In this document: piece by piece, positions 25,907 to 36,165 of the stretch | Layout of the letters: each line of letters starts with the position of its first letter | How positions within the stretch are numbered: position 1 is the stretch's first letter | IMG/VR virus record: IMGVR_UViG_3300023174_000056 | Span: 1-64,000 of that record | From: a virus | Reading direction: 5' to 3' (one strand) | Length of the DNA: 64,000 bases | Made by a program: the position numbers and the translations under genes | The notes under the pieces: model-generated | What the model was told of the DNA's origin: nothing | The model's database searches: none | What the model saw: only the letters and a program-made list of their open reading frames with translations

Positions 25907-26299
25907 CTAATTTAGAGAACAGCTAAAATTAAACGTTTGTAGTAACATTTCTTTTCTTGCTTCTACTGCAAGATAGAAATGTTGCATCACGTCCAATTCA
26001 TCTTTTGTGAAGAGTACATCTTTTATGTTGTTTTTTATAGTTATTTCAACTTCCTGGTCTGTTGGATTATTTATTTTATCATCTAGGAAAGCACGATAAG
26101 AATCCACTAAAAGAAAAGTTTCTAAAAATTGTGGTATAGGGCTCTCATACCATTCTTCAATATTTGTTGTAGAAATCATATCCTTTAATTTATCAGACAA
26201 TATAAAATATGTTTTGTCAACTTCCGTGACAATTTCCATATATTTTTCAAATACAATTGTATAGTACTGAACTTTTGGTTTCTTTTTTGCTGGGGGCAT
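25907..26299 (-). CDS. Hypothetical protein
   Basis: Packed ORF. Confidence 0.65.
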   Translation of the reverse strand: MPPAKKKPKVQYYTIVFEKYMEIVTEVDKTYFILSDKLKDMISTTNIEEWYESPIPQFLETFLLVDSYRAFLDDKINNPTDQEVEITIKNNIKDVLFTKDELDVMQHFYLAVEARKEMLLQTFNFSCSLN

Positions 26300-26814
26300 T
26301 ATACTCTTTCTCCCTCACCCCAGAAATTTTCATTTTTTCTATCATCAATAATTAATTCAACAACAGCTAGCTCTTGACCAAATTTGTTTATTTTACCGAA
26401 TCTATGTAATTCTAAATTACCATATTTCTTTTTTCCCTTTTTATTAATAGAAATAGAATTTAAATAATTTACGCAGCGTTTAATAATTTCGGAATCGTGC
26501 CATCTTAAAATTTTATATTTATTCCAATCCAATTTTAGATAGCCGCCTACGACCCATTTATTTTTTCCAAACCCATTAATGCTGTATATACTTGTCATAT
26601 ATCTGCCAGATTTTAATTCTGGGGATGGAATATGCGCATATTGTGACAAAGGAATAAATTCGCACTCAATTGAAGACTCTGCATTTTCTGGCGGTTCGAT
26701 AAATACTTCTTCTTGTTTCTTAGGCATTTCAGATACAAATACTGCTCCAGACTTATTTGTATCTTTTGGTGGTCTTCCTAGTCTTTTTCCATTTTTGCTT
26801 AATTTAACTGCCAT
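26299..26814 (-). CDS. Hypothetical protein with AT-hook-like RLGRPPK
   Basis: AGGAG RBS; GRP motif. Confidence 0.7.
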   Translation of the reverse strand: MAVKLSKNGKRLGRPPKDTNKSGAVFVSEMPKKQEEVFIEPPENAESSIECEFIPLSQYAHIPSPELKSGRYMTSIYSINGFGKNKWVVGGYLKLDWNKYKILRWHDSEIIKRCVNYLNSISINKKGKKKYGNLELHRFGKINKFGQELAVVELIIDDRKNENFWGEGERV

Positions 26815-27032
26815 TTTTATCTCCTAAATCATAGATCCATTCATTGTACACATAAACAAATTTATCTTCATAAATTAGTTTTGAAACATTATCATTAAAA
26901 TTTTCTACAAATATAGCAACTGATGGTTTTTTTATTTCTTGAAAGAATGTAAGACTAAGCTCTGAGTTTACTTCATCAGCCATCCATGCTTTATAGCATA
27001 TAACGCCTTGAGGCAAGCTAACTACGTCTCCT

Positions 27033-27329
27033 TTATTCGGTTGTATGCTCAACATTTTTTTCTTCTGGCTCCTGTGTTTTGTACCTCACAAGGCCACCAA
27101 GGATACTATAGCAGTCCTCTAGCCGTGAGTCAAGCAGCGTAAGTTTTTGTCGAGTGTCATCTAATAGTTCAATTTGGTTTAAGAGATCTTTTTTTGCTGC
27201 TACATCTTTTGATGTATTAATAACATCGTTTGAAAGGGATTCAAGTTCTCTTGAAATTTCGCCTAAAATACCTGCAACTGTTAAATGCAATCTTTCTACT
27301 GGCACTGTTATTGTTATCTTTGCGTTCAT
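27033..27329 (-). CDS. Coiled-coil hypothetical protein
   Basis: GGAG RBS; promoter at 27372-27400. Confidence 0.7.
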   Translation of the reverse strand: MNAKITITVPVERLHLTVAGILGEISRELESLSNDVINTSKDVAAKKDLLNQIELLDDTRQKLTLLDSRLEDCYSILGGLVRYKTQEPEEKNVEHTTE

Positions 27330-27341
27330 TATTTCTCCAAT

Positions 27342-27371
27342 AAAAAAGGACGGGTTTTTGACCCGTCCTTT
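27342..27371 (-). terminator. Intrinsic terminator
   Basis: AAAGGACGGGT/ACCCGTCCTTTTTT. Confidence 0.8.
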
Positions 27372-27401
27372 AATCTAGCACAAGTTTTTAAAGAAGTAAA
27401 G

Positions 27402-27725
27402 CTACTGTATAATCTTAAATATTGACTGTAATAATGACATCGCAACGCCAGAAGCAACAAGCCAGAGTATTTTATTATAGGTTTGTTGTGAATTTTTTAA
27501 TAGAACTAAATCTTCGATCAAATTTTTTGGTATAGTCTGCTCGATAACAGTAATTCTTTTTTCTTGCGAACTAACGGCTGTACTAATGGTTTCAATAGTT
27601 TTCTCTAACTTTTCTATTGAATCATAGATTTGATCCATTTTTACACAAATTGTTTGTGTATTTATTTTTAGTTCATTTAAATTTTCATTTAATTCCTTTA
27701 TTTCTTCCGGTGCTAATTGTGCCAT
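27402..27725 (-). CDS. Coiled coil plus C-terminal TM (XhlA/holin-like)
   Basis: Heptad repeats, then ILWLVASGVAMSLL. Confidence 0.55.
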   Translation of the reverse strand: MAQLAPEEIKELNENLNELKINTQTICVKMDQIYDSIEKLEKTIETISTAVSSQEKRITVIEQTIPKNLIEDLVLLKNSQQTYNKILWLVASGVAMSLLQSIFKIIQ

Positions 27726-27759
27726 ATTTGTTCCTCACGCTGATTAATAATAATTAGTA

Positions 27760-29340
27760 TTATGTATCAACAATTGCATGAGAAGTAGTCAATAAAGTGG
27801 ACGCCGCAGATACAGCATTTTGTAATGCACAACGTGTTACCTTTGCTGGGTCTATAATTCCAGCTTTATCCATATTTACGTACTCTCCAGTAGCGAAATT
27901 CCTACCAGCCCAGATGTCATCACCGCATTTATTTAATACAGTTTCGACAACTACATCTGGCTTGTCCCCACAATTTTCCGCTAATTTACGTATTGGTTCT
28001 TCACACGCTCTTTGAAGAATTTTTACTCCAAACCGTTCGTCTTGATTATCCACAGAAACATTCTGCTCTAAGCCTCTAGACAATTTTAATAATGCACAAC
28101 CTCCTCCTGGTAAAATACCTTCTAATTGCGCTGATTTAACAGCCTCTAGAGCATCTTCGATGCGATGCTTGCGCTCGACCATATCTACCTCTGTCGTACC
28201 GCCCACACGAATTATGGCGACCCCGCTAGCGAGTCTGGTAATTCTTTCTTGGATGCGCTCGCACTCTGCAAGGTCTTCGGTCTGCAAAATTTCCTGCTTT
28301 AACCTGTCAATATGGCGCTCGACCTCCTCATAATTGCCGCCACCGCCCACAATTGTTGTATGCAGTTTTAGCGATTCAACTGTTTTAGCGGTTCCTAGAT
28401 CCTTCAGTTTAACATCACGTAATGGTCTTCCGCTTTCACGTGTAATAAAAGTAGCACCAGTCGCTAGAGCAAGATCTTTCATAATATTTCTACGCTCTTC
28501 TCCGTACTTTGGAGCCTTAATCACACCAATCTTCATACTGCCACGAACAGCATTTAAGATAAGTGCTGCCAATGCTTGGCCTTCAACATTTTCTGCAATG
28601 ATAACAAAAGGCTTCTTCTCTCTTGCCATAATTTCTAGAGCAGGGAATAGATCATCAAGATTATCTATGCTGTGGTCTGTAATAAGAAGCCGAACATCGT
28701 CAAACCTCATTGCGGCACGAGCTTCGTCAGTAACAAATTGTGGAGAAAGATAACCAGAACTAACTTGGAAACCTTCAACGATATCTAAGCTTGTTTCTAC
28801 GCTTTTTCCTGCCTCAATAGTGATAGCGCCGTCTTTACCAACCTTGTCTACAGCAGTAGCAATAAGTTTACCAATCTTTTTATCACCATTTGCTGAAATT
28901 GTTGCGACATGCTCAATCTCTTCCAAGCTTTTAATTGTAACAGACCTATCTTCTATATTCTTAACAATATATTCAACAGCTGCATCCATTCCACGCTTTA
29001 GATCAGTTGGGGACGCACCAGCAATTATATATTTTTGTGCTTCATTCATAATAGCTCTAGCTAAAACAGTAGCTGTTGTAGTACCGTCGCCAGCCTCTGT
29101 AGCTGTAACCGCAGAAGCTTGTTTTAGCACTTGCGCTCCAACGTTTTCAAATGGATCCTGCAATTCAACTGCCTGAGCTACAGTTACACCATCCTTAGTG
29201 ATAATTGGATTACGGCCCTTCAAGTGGATTACTACATTTTTACCTTTTGGTCCTAAAGTAGCCGAAACTGCGTCCGCTAATTTATTTACACCTGTTAAAA
29301 TTTTTGTATTTAAAGATAAACCATTATCATATACTTTCAC
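27760..29340 (-). CDS. groL: Chaperonin GroEL
   Basis: TLGPKG, ITKDGVTVA, AGDGTTTA, GIIDP.KV.R.ALQNA.S.A. Confidence 0.97.
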   Translation of the reverse strand: MKVYDNGLSLNTKILTGVNKLADAVSATLGPKGKNVVIHLKGRNPIITKDGVTVAQAVELQDPFENVGAQVLKQASAVTATEAGDGTTTATVLARAIMNEAQKYIIAGASPTDLKRGMDAAVEYIVKNIEDRSVTIKSLEEIEHVATISANGDKKIGKLIATAVDKVGKDGAITIEAGKSVETSLDIVEGFQVSSGYLSPQFVTDEARAAMRFDDVRLLITDHSIDNLDDLFPALEIMAREKKPFVIIAENVEGQALAALILNAVRGSMKIGVIKAPKYGEERRNIMKDLALATGATFITRESGRPLRDVKLKDLGTAKTVESLKLHTTIVGGGGNYEEVERHIDRLKQEILQTEDLAECERIQERITRLASGVAIIRVGGTTEVDMVERKHRIEDALEAVKSAQLEGILPGGGCALLKLSRGLEQNVSVDNQDERFGVKILQRACEEPIRKLAENCGDKPDVVVETVLNKCGDDIWAGRNFATGEYVNMDKAGIIDPAKVTRCALQNAVSAASTLLTTSHAIVDT

Positions 29341-29358
29341 GTTTACACCAGACCTTTC

Positions 29359-30618
29359 TTATCGGGTTTTAATTTTTAGATCATCTCGTTTGGATGATAA
29401 CATATTTGAGTGAAACTTTAAGCCGTGAATAGTTAAGGGATCTAGCCCTGGAATGTCGATTATAATTTTTGCACCGTCTGTTTTAACTATGTCTTTTTTA
29501 CCCATGTTAGAAGCCCTTATTTTTTCTATATCTGGTTTGCTTCTATCTTTTTCCTCTAGTCTTATTCCATCAACATCCGAAACTAGCACGTAAAGTTTAT
29601 CATAACTTGTACGCTCATCTTCATCGCCAAGTTGTGCATCGTTAACCATATTCACAAGCTCTTTTAGCTTCATGCTCCTTAGATTGCTAACAAATACTTC
29701 ACGCACCTTTTCGTATACTTCTTCCATAGCTTCTTTATATAAGTCCGAACGGTCTTCTTTTGCTTTTTCCATCCAAGAAGGTGGTTCAAAATCTTCAGAT
29801 TTTGGAGTGTAAACACGACCTAGTTTTTTCGCAAATATTTGCCTTCCTACCATCCACCAAGGTTTACCATTGGGATTTTTAACTATATTTTCCTCTTGTT
29901 CATCTCCATACCCAAGATTTCTATTATATGTAAACCTTAATTCTCTACCTTCTTCCGTGACAAGCTTAATGGATAAGCCTTCTCTATTGCCACTTTCTGT
30001 AGTTAAAATTAAGTCAGCTTTAGAGTTCTTACTTCCTAGAGATTTTGTAGAAGCAATTTTTCCTAGCTTATCCTCTATTAACTTTTTGCCTTGTAATGCT
30101 ATGTCTAGTACATCAGAATATTCGCCTTTTAATTTTTCTTTTACTTCTTGTTTAGAAGCTTCTGGTGGTAAATCTAGACGATTCTTTAATTCATCGGTAA
30201 TTTTACCAGTTAGCACTAATGCAACAACATGTTCTAGTGCAAGACCTTCTCTTGAACCTATATCGTATTTATAAACAAGATAAATTCTACCGCTGCCATC
30301 TTTATAAGAAACTTCTGTACATTCTATTGAGGAATCATATTTTGGTATATAGCGGTTTTCTACACTAATACCATCAGATTTTATAGCATTTACCACTTTT
30401 TTTCTGGCCTTCTCAATATTTTCCTTGTCTTCAAAGCGTATAACTAATGCCATGTCACTTTTATTTGATGGAGTGACGGAAATAATACTTAATGATTCAA
30501 AATCTAATTTTGATAATGAATCCTGTACTTGTTTTTTTAATTGTTCTTGCTTTTCTAATTCTTCTTCAAGAGCAATTGAAGACAATTCTAAAAGAAGTTT
30601 TTTAAATGCCTTTTTCAA
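29359..30618 (-). CDS. Putative PD-(D/E)xK nuclease-fold protein
   Basis: SKADLIL...GLSIK pattern; TTG start. Confidence 0.5.
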   Translation of the reverse strand: MKKAFKKLLLELSSIALEEELEKQEQLKKQVQDSLSKLDFESLSIISVTPSNKSDMALVIRFEDKENIEKARKKVVNAIKSDGISVENRYIPKYDSSIECTEVSYKDGSGRIYLVYKYDIGSREGLALEHVVALVLTGKITDELKNRLDLPPEASKQEVKEKLKGEYSDVLDIALQGKKLIEDKLGKIASTKSLGSKNSKADLILTTESGNREGLSIKLVTEEGRELRFTYNRNLGYGDEQEENIVKNPNGKPWWMVGRQIFAKKLGRVYTPKSEDFEPPSWMEKAKEDRSDLYKEAMEEVYEKVREVFVSNLRSMKLKELVNMVNDAQLGDEDERTSYDKLYVLVSDVDGIRLEEKDRSKPDIEKIRASNMGKKDIVKTDGAKIIIDIPGLDPLTIHGLKFHSNMLSSKRDDLKIKTR

Positions 30619-30620
30619 TA

Positions 30621-31250
30621 TTAAATTACCTCGTCAGCTATTCCGTATTTTACTGCTTCTTCTGCTGATAAATAAACATTCACATGTCTTTGCAACAATT
30701 TATTCATAGTTGCTTGTGTCATTTTTGTTTCTTCAATTAATGCACCAATGTATCGTTCCTGTGTCCAGCGAATTTCAGCCATTTCATTTTCAAGATTATG
30801 TAATGGACCTTCATTACCAGCTAATACTGAGTGTATCATGACTCTGCAATGCTTACCAATTTTGCGCTTGCCTTTTGTACCGGCAGCTAAAAGTAAAACA
30901 CCAGCGCTCATCACTTTTCCTAAACCAATTGTATGAATTTCACAATCTTTACGAACTTGACGCATTACATCATAAATCGCAAACATGTCTGACGCAGAAC
31001 CTCCATGAGTTGAAAGATAAAACTCAAAAGGCTCATATGCTTGTTTTTTATTTTTTCCTTTATGTTGTTCATTGTCTAGTTTTCCATACTCTTTAAGAGC
31101 TAACATTCCATAAATTACATCAGCAGCCTTTTCTTCATCAACATCGCCAATCAGGCCAATAGTACGCATTGTAATCTTTGGTTCTTCACTTGGCAGCATG
31201 ATTACTGAAGTTGTTTCTTCTGCTTGCTTATCTTCTTTTTTATTTAGCAT
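30621..31250 (-). CDS. clpP: ClpP-like protease
   Basis: STHGGS, GKVMSAG, RVMIH, YLSAEEAVKYGIADEV. Confidence 0.9.
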   Translation of the reverse strand: MLNKKEDKQAEETTSVIMLPSEEPKITMRTIGLIGDVDEEKAADVIYGMLALKEYGKLDNEQHKGKNKKQAYEPFEFYLSTHGGSASDMFAIYDVMRQVRKDCEIHTIGLGKVMSAGVLLLAAGTKGKRKIGKHCRVMIHSVLAGNEGPLHNLENEMAEIRWTQERYIGALIEETKMTQATMNKLLQRHVNVYLSAEEAVKYGIADEVI

Positions 31251-31563
31251 TTTTTGCTCTTTTCTTTCTTGTTTTACAAGAACGTTGGATTCGTACTTCC
31301 TTACCTGCTCTATATTTTACTTCAACAATTTTTATGGGACATTTCTTTGCCCACTCTATCCATTCTTTTTCAGAAGAGAACTTTTTAATTAAGATTTTTA
31401 CTTCATTCTTGTTGTTTACGTTCCAGCCATCTGCAAATTGCTTCCATTCCTTAAATAGTTTTGAAAATGTCGTTTTATCACCGTGTTTAATTTCGTTTAT
31501 CTGCAATTTGTACTCATACTCATTTGTGTATTCATTCCGCCACGCACAAGCATCCATTTTCAT
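31240..31563 (-). CDS. Hypothetical protein
   Basis: Packed ORF. Confidence 0.65.
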   Translation of the reverse strand: MKMDACAWRNEYTNEYEYKLQINEIKHGDKTTFSKLFKEWKQFADGWNVNNKNEVKILIKKFSSEKEWIEWAKKCPIKIVEVKYRAGKEVRIQRSCKTRKKRAKNAK

Positions 31564-31805
31564 TTTTCGTCCTTCTTTCCCTTTTTAACCTTTATTTTAC
31601 CATCCTGCCAAAAAAGTGTTATCTCTTCGTTCAAATGTTTTTCTATTTCTTTTAAGTAATAAGTGATTACACTAGCTTCTTTATTATTTTCTAACGCCCA
31701 TGAAAGAGCAGAATTTGCCATAAAAAATCTTTCTGCCCGATAGAGATTGTCATCTACCTTCATATATATCTTTATCATTCTTTTAAATTCGTTAGCTGGA
31801 CTCAT
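31560..31805 (-). CDS. Hypothetical protein
   Basis: Packed ORF. Confidence 0.65.
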   Translation of the reverse strand: MSPANEFKRMIKIYMKVDDNLYRAERFFMANSALSWALENNKEASVITYYLKEIEKHLNEEITLFWQDGKIKVKKGKKDEK

Positions 31806-32178
31806 CTCTTATTTTCTTCATAAGTGTATCAATATATTTAGTAGCCTCCTCCCAGTTTTTATACTCTGTTTCGTAACCTAATGATTTATTTAGCTCTTTA
31901 ATCCAATCATCACAAATTTTGCTATATTTAGCATTAAAAGTTTCTACTATTTTTTCATAATCTCTAGCGTATTGCTCGTCTGTTTCTGCTGCTTTTTCAT
32001 ATATAATTTTCAACATTTCAAGCATCTGATATTTATATGAAATAAAGTGTGCAGATCCCAAAAGGAATCTTATCTCTAATTCTCTTAGATTTTTTTTATG
32101 GGCTTGTTCATTTGCATAAAACGCATAAACTGTAATAATGAAAGCAGTAACAATAAAAACAGTTGTAAAAATGTCCAT
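31792..32178 (-). CDS. Protein with N-terminal TM segment
   Basis: Hydrophobic N-terminus. Confidence 0.65.
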   Translation of the reverse strand: MDIFTTVFIVTAFIITVYAFYANEQAHKKNLRELEIRFLLGSAHFISYKYQMLEMLKIIYEKAAETDEQYARDYEKIVETFNAKYSKICDDWIKELNKSLGYETEYKNWEEATKYIDTLMKKIRDESS

Positions 32179-32251
32179 TTAAAATCCCATAAAATAAAAC
32201 CCGCTACCTTATTAAAGTAGCGGGCTGTTATTTATAACTATACTACAGTTT

Positions 32252-32518
32252 TTATTCTTCTACAACTTCTTTTAATAAAGGAGCGACGATTTCTTCTGGA
32301 AGGTTATTCATGAATGCCTCAAAAGCAATTTTTGGTATTTTTGTTTCTTGTAGAACTTCTAAGAAGTCAATAATTGCTTCCTTGGAAATTGTGTCCTCAT
32401 CTATTTCATAAGATAGGCTATAGTTTTCAATCAAGGTTTCAACTTGGTCACTTTCGTTTGCAATATTTTCCATTTCTTCAGAAATTATTTGCTTTAGCTG
32501 GCTTTTTGTAATTTGCAT
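32252..32518 (-). CDS. Acidic protein with MQITKxxL leader
   Basis: Start reassigned to MQITKSQLKQIISEE. Confidence 0.7.
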   Translation of the reverse strand: MQITKSQLKQIISEEMENIANESDQVETLIENYSLSYEIDEDTISKEAIIDFLEVLQETKIPKIAFEAFMNNLPEEIVAPLLKEVVEE

Positions 32519-32596
32519 TTTTTTATCCCTTATAGTCCAACACCGACACACCTTTATAGGATATGTCGGTGTTAAACATAGATTATCTATTTTAGA

Positions 32597-33547
32597 TTAT
32601 TTCTTGTTGCCACCCTTGCCAGTTACAGGGCTTGTTTTACCGTGGCTTACTGTGTGTTTGCCTTCGCTTGGAGCTGCATGTAATTCATGACCGCCCTTTG
32701 AATTCTTTTCGCCTTCCTTCCATTCTTGATCAGCTTGTTTTTTTGTTCCAAAAACGCTTGAACCTGGACCGTGGCCTTTTGCAACACCAGCTTTGCTGCC
32801 ATTTGACATTGATGATTTTGGAGCAGGGGCATTAGCTTCTTTTAGCTCTTTTTTATCATCTGCGCCATCTGCTTTTTTCTTTTTTGCTGCTGCTGCTTTT
32901 TTCTTCATTTCTTCTTTCTTCTTTTCAGCGGCAGTCATCTTTTTCTTCTTCTTAGCTTCTTCTAGAAGACGAGCGGTAACACGTGCCAATACAGTATTGA
33001 TAAGTGCTTCATCCATCTTGTGATCATACTTTTTGGCTTCGTCTGTTTCTTCTTCTTGCTCTTCCATCATTGGAGTTTCGCCTTCGTTCTCTTCGTCGGC
33101 TTCGCCTTCTTCTGATTCTTCAGAATCTTCTTCGCCTTCTTCTTCCTCTTTTTCATCAGCTGGTGCTTCCATTTCTTCTTCATCAGCTGCTTCACCACTA
33201 GCGTCCATCTCAACGTCTACGCCAACTAGATCAGCTAACATTGTTACTAGCTCTTGAAACTTAGCTTCTTTGTCTTCGCCACCAGCAGCTTCTTCTTCAC
33301 CGCCCATCTCTTCGCCAGCGTCTTCTTGATCGCCGCCTAATTCGTCGGCAGCCATATCAAGCATTTCTTCTTCTTGAACAGTTTCGTTTTCATTTCTTGC
33401 TAGTGAACCATATTCTTGTCTATCTTCTGGTTTTGCAGCCATTGGCAGATTTTCGTTAATTTCTGGTCTGTTGATGACTGGAATATCCGCAAGTGCCATA
33501 AAACGACGAACTTCTGACTCTGTTAATAGCTGTTTCTTATTGCTCAT
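32597..33547 (-). CDS. Acidic/basic low-complexity protein (scaffold or internal head protein candidate)
   Basis: LLTESEVRRFMALA, Glu-rich core, Lys-rich tract; AGGAG RBS. Confidence 0.7.
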   Translation of the reverse strand: MSNKKQLLTESEVRRFMALADIPVINRPEINENLPMAAKPEDRQEYGSLARNENETVQEEEMLDMAADELGGDQEDAGEEMGGEEEAAGGEDKEAKFQELVTMLADLVGVDVEMDASGEAADEEEMEAPADEKEEEEGEEDSEESEEGEADEENEGETPMMEEQEEETDEAKKYDHKMDEALINTVLARVTARLLEEAKKKKKMTAAEKKKEEMKKKAAAAKKKKADGADDKKELKEANAPAPKSSMSNGSKAGVAKGHGPGSSVFGTKKQADQEWKEGEKNSKGGHELHAAPSEGKHTVSHGKTSPVTGKGGNKK

Positions 33548-33624
33548 TTTTTATCTCCTAAAGGATTTTAGTTTCAAAATTTAAAATAAATAGTTACATT
33601 CATCACAAAAGGAACTATTCAACA

Positions 33625-33885
33625 TCATAAATAGTTTCCAATATCTATTTGATCCTTAATTTTTTCTAATACTTCTTCTTCTATTTGTTTTACTCGCACA
33701 AAACTACAGCCAATTCTTTTAGAAACATCTCGTAACGTCATGTTACCATTCTTTTCTACTGCTATATGAACGCAATTAAGGTCTTCCTCAAAATCAATCC
33801 AGCTTCTGCATTCTTTATTTGGACAAGATTCTTCTAATGTTTTGCAGGCTTCTGTACATGTTTTAAACTTATAATCACTCATCAT
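33625..33885 (-). CDS. Cys-rich domain plus sigma70 region-4-like HTH
   Basis: MTLRDVSKRIGCSFVRVKQIE...LEKI. Confidence 0.8.
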   Translation of the reverse strand: MMSDYKFKTCTEACKTLEESCPNKECRSWIDFEEDLNCVHIAVEKNGNMTLRDVSKRIGCSFVRVKQIEEEVLEKIKDQIDIGNYL

Positions 33886-34186
33886 TATCTTCCAATTCTA
33901 TTTGGTCGTAAATATCAGCTACTTCCTCTTCGGATAGCATAAAATATTCTTCTTGCTTTTGCTGTTCTTTTTCGTCTTTTTTCATTTTTTTTAATGATCT
34001 TTTACCTATTCTTTCTTCATTCAGTTCTTTTATTAAAGAACGCATATGAGGATTATCTTCAACATATGCCTTTACAAGCATTTTAAAAAAAGTTTGTTGT
34101 GGTAAATTATCATAACGAAATTTTAATCTCATATCTGCATGAGCTGTATTGCTTAAATAAAAGGTATACTTCTTCCAACCTTCCAT
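33875..34186 (-). CDS. Hypothetical protein
   Basis: Packed ORF. Confidence 0.65.
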   Translation of the reverse strand: MEGWKKYTFYLSNTAHADMRLKFRYDNLPQQTFFKMLVKAYVEDNPHMRSLIKELNEERIGKRSLKKMKKDEKEQQKQEEYFMLSEEEVADIYDQIELEDNDE

Positions 34187-35211
34187 TAACGGTTCCTAGA
34201 AAGAATGTGTGTAGAGCTTTCGTGTTGACCAGCACTCGTTTGACGGATAAACTCCGACCTAGCTTGTAGTCCACCAATATTTATAGCACCAGTATACGAT
34301 AAACCGCTCTTAATATTACCAACAAGATCATTAAAAATATTTTCTACTGGGCCTTTATACGGTACAGTTGTAGCAATGCCTTCTGGGGCTGAGGATTTAC
34401 CACGCCACTCTTCTTGAGCTTCACGGGAAGCCATGCCACGATAGGCTTTCATTTTCATGCCATAAATTAGTGATTCGGTAATTTCACCTGGTGCTTCGTC
34501 TGTTCCTGCTAGTAATGAACCTAACATTACAAAATCCGCTCCAGCGGCTAACGCCTTAATAATATCTCCAGCGTTTTTGATACCACCGTCAGCAATAAGA
34601 GTAGCGGTAGTAGCAACTTTAGCGCAATCCATAATAGCAGTAATATTAGGGACACCATGACCTGTTTGAATCCTTGTGGAACAAATTGAACCACCACCAA
34701 TACCAACACGAATAGAATTCGCACCCCACGCTTGCAATGCTTCAAAAGCTTCTGCTGTAGCTACATTGCCAGCCATAATATGGATAGATGGTCCATAGTG
34801 GTCACGGATACTACGAATAGCATTATAAACATTGAGGTGATGACCGTGAGCAACGTCAATGCAGATAAAATCAACACCAGCATTATACAGGGCAGTAACC
34901 CGCTCCATATAATCGCCAGTGCTACCAACAGCAGCGCCGACACGTTCGCCATTGCGCTTAACTGAACGAACAATTTCAGCTTGCTCCTCAATTGAGTTGT
35001 AACGGTGAATAATAGCTACACCACCTAGCTTTGATAGCGCTACAGCCATATCAAAACCACTAACTGTGTCCATTGGACTTGCAATGATAGGTGTTTGAAA
35101 CTCTAAACTTGGTCCAAGACCACTTTTTAAAGTCACTTGTGACCGACTTTCGATTTCGCTATAATGTGGAACTAGTAATACATCATCATAACTTAATGCT
35201 TCTTTAAACAT
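34186..35211 (-). CDS. guaB: IMP dehydrogenase / GMP reductase family, no CBS domains
   Basis: [38 protein letters not shown]. Confidence 0.93.
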   Translation of the reverse strand: MFKEALSYDDVLLVPHYSEIESRSQVTLKSGLGPSLEFQTPIIASPMDTVSGFDMAVALSKLGGVAIIHRYNSIEEQAEIVRSVKRNGERVGAAVGSTGDYMERVTALYNAGVDFICIDVAHGHHLNVYNAIRSIRDHYGPSIHIMAGNVATAEAFEALQAWGANSIRVGIGGGSICSTRIQTGHGVPNITAIMDCAKVATTATLIADGGIKNAGDIIKALAAGADFVMLGSLLAGTDEAPGEITESLIYGMKMKAYRGMASREAQEEWRGKSSAPEGIATTVPYKGPVENIFNDLVGNIKSGLSYTGAINIGGLQARSEFIRQTSAGQHESSTHILSRNR

Positions 35212-35428
35212 TTTTCCTCTTTTCTTGGCAGGATGGGCAATAAAGATCAACTCGTTTTTGTTCGCTGAACACCTCTACGAACCAAGTCATCGCCATCTGC
35301 TTGTCTTTTTTATCAAAAATTGCGTCACAAGTCAAGCATTTGTTTGGCATATCAAGCATCAAATTTACGCTCTTAAATGCCTCTTTTCCCATTAGTTTTT
35401 CAGCTGTACGTCTTTCTTTGCGGTTCAT
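35204..35428 (-). CDS. Small Zn-finger protein
   Basis: MNRKERR, CLTC, CPSC. Confidence 0.7.
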   Translation of the reverse strand: MNRKERRTAEKLMGKEAFKSVNLMLDMPNKCLTCDAIFDKKDKQMAMTWFVEVFSEQKRVDLYCPSCQEKRKNV

Positions 35429-35934
35429 TTTGCACCACTTGATCCAAACCCGCCAGAACCTCGGCTATTCTCTGGTGTGGAAAATTCTTCCACTTGCACA
35501 AGTTCGCTTTGCCAAACACGTTGCACTGTAAATTGTGCAATCTTATCATGGTGGTTGACTACCACTCTTTCAGTTGTAGCATTATGAAGAACAATACCCC
35601 AAGGACCAGTATAAAAACTATCTACAAGACCAAGGATAACAAGCTTACCCTTGCTATTCATGCCGCTTCTACCACGGATATCACAACACCAACCATTTGG
35701 TGGCATAATAGCTAAACCAGTTGGTACAATTCGTGTATCACCTGGAAGTAGAACAATTGGCTCATTTGGGCAATCCGCATAAAGATCCCAAGCCGCATCT
35801 TCGGCATGTGCTTTTTGTGGACCTTTTGCTGTTTGTGTTAGTGGTTTCCACTGCAATGTTGCAGAAATCATATTTTCCCATACTTTCTTTTTTTCTTTTA
35901 AAGATTCCCATGTTTCTAGATTAATTGTTGTCAT
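35425..35934 (-). CDS. dut: Trimeric dUTPase
   Basis: AWDL, RSG, GLVDSFYTG, KIAQ, RGSGGFGSSG. Confidence 0.95.
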   Translation of the reverse strand: MTTINLETWESLKEKKKVWENMISATLQWKPLTQTAKGPQKAHAEDAAWDLYADCPNEPIVLLPGDTRIVPTGLAIMPPNGWCCDIRGRSGMNSKGKLVILGLVDSFYTGPWGIVLHNATTERVVVNHHDKIAQFTVQRVWQSELVQVEEFSTPENSRGSGGFGSSGAK

Positions 35935-36165
35935 TTTATCTCCTAAAAAATTTTATCTGCCTTGTTTTCCATTTCATGGGCAAGGTTTTTAAGCATATTT
36001 GCCGTATCTACCAAAACTCTTCTAGCTCCAAGATGGTGTAATTCAGGTTCTTTACAGGCCATCAATTCTAAGACAATACCATTGTGTTCTAAAATAATGT
36101 GACTTTTAGAATGAATTTCACTATTAACCGCTTTAATATCTGTGTGTTTAATTTCCCACTTCATT

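Noticed and set aside
32597-33547. Glu- and Lys-rich tracts as DNA repeats
   Set aside because: Explained by protein composition; no exact tandem unit.
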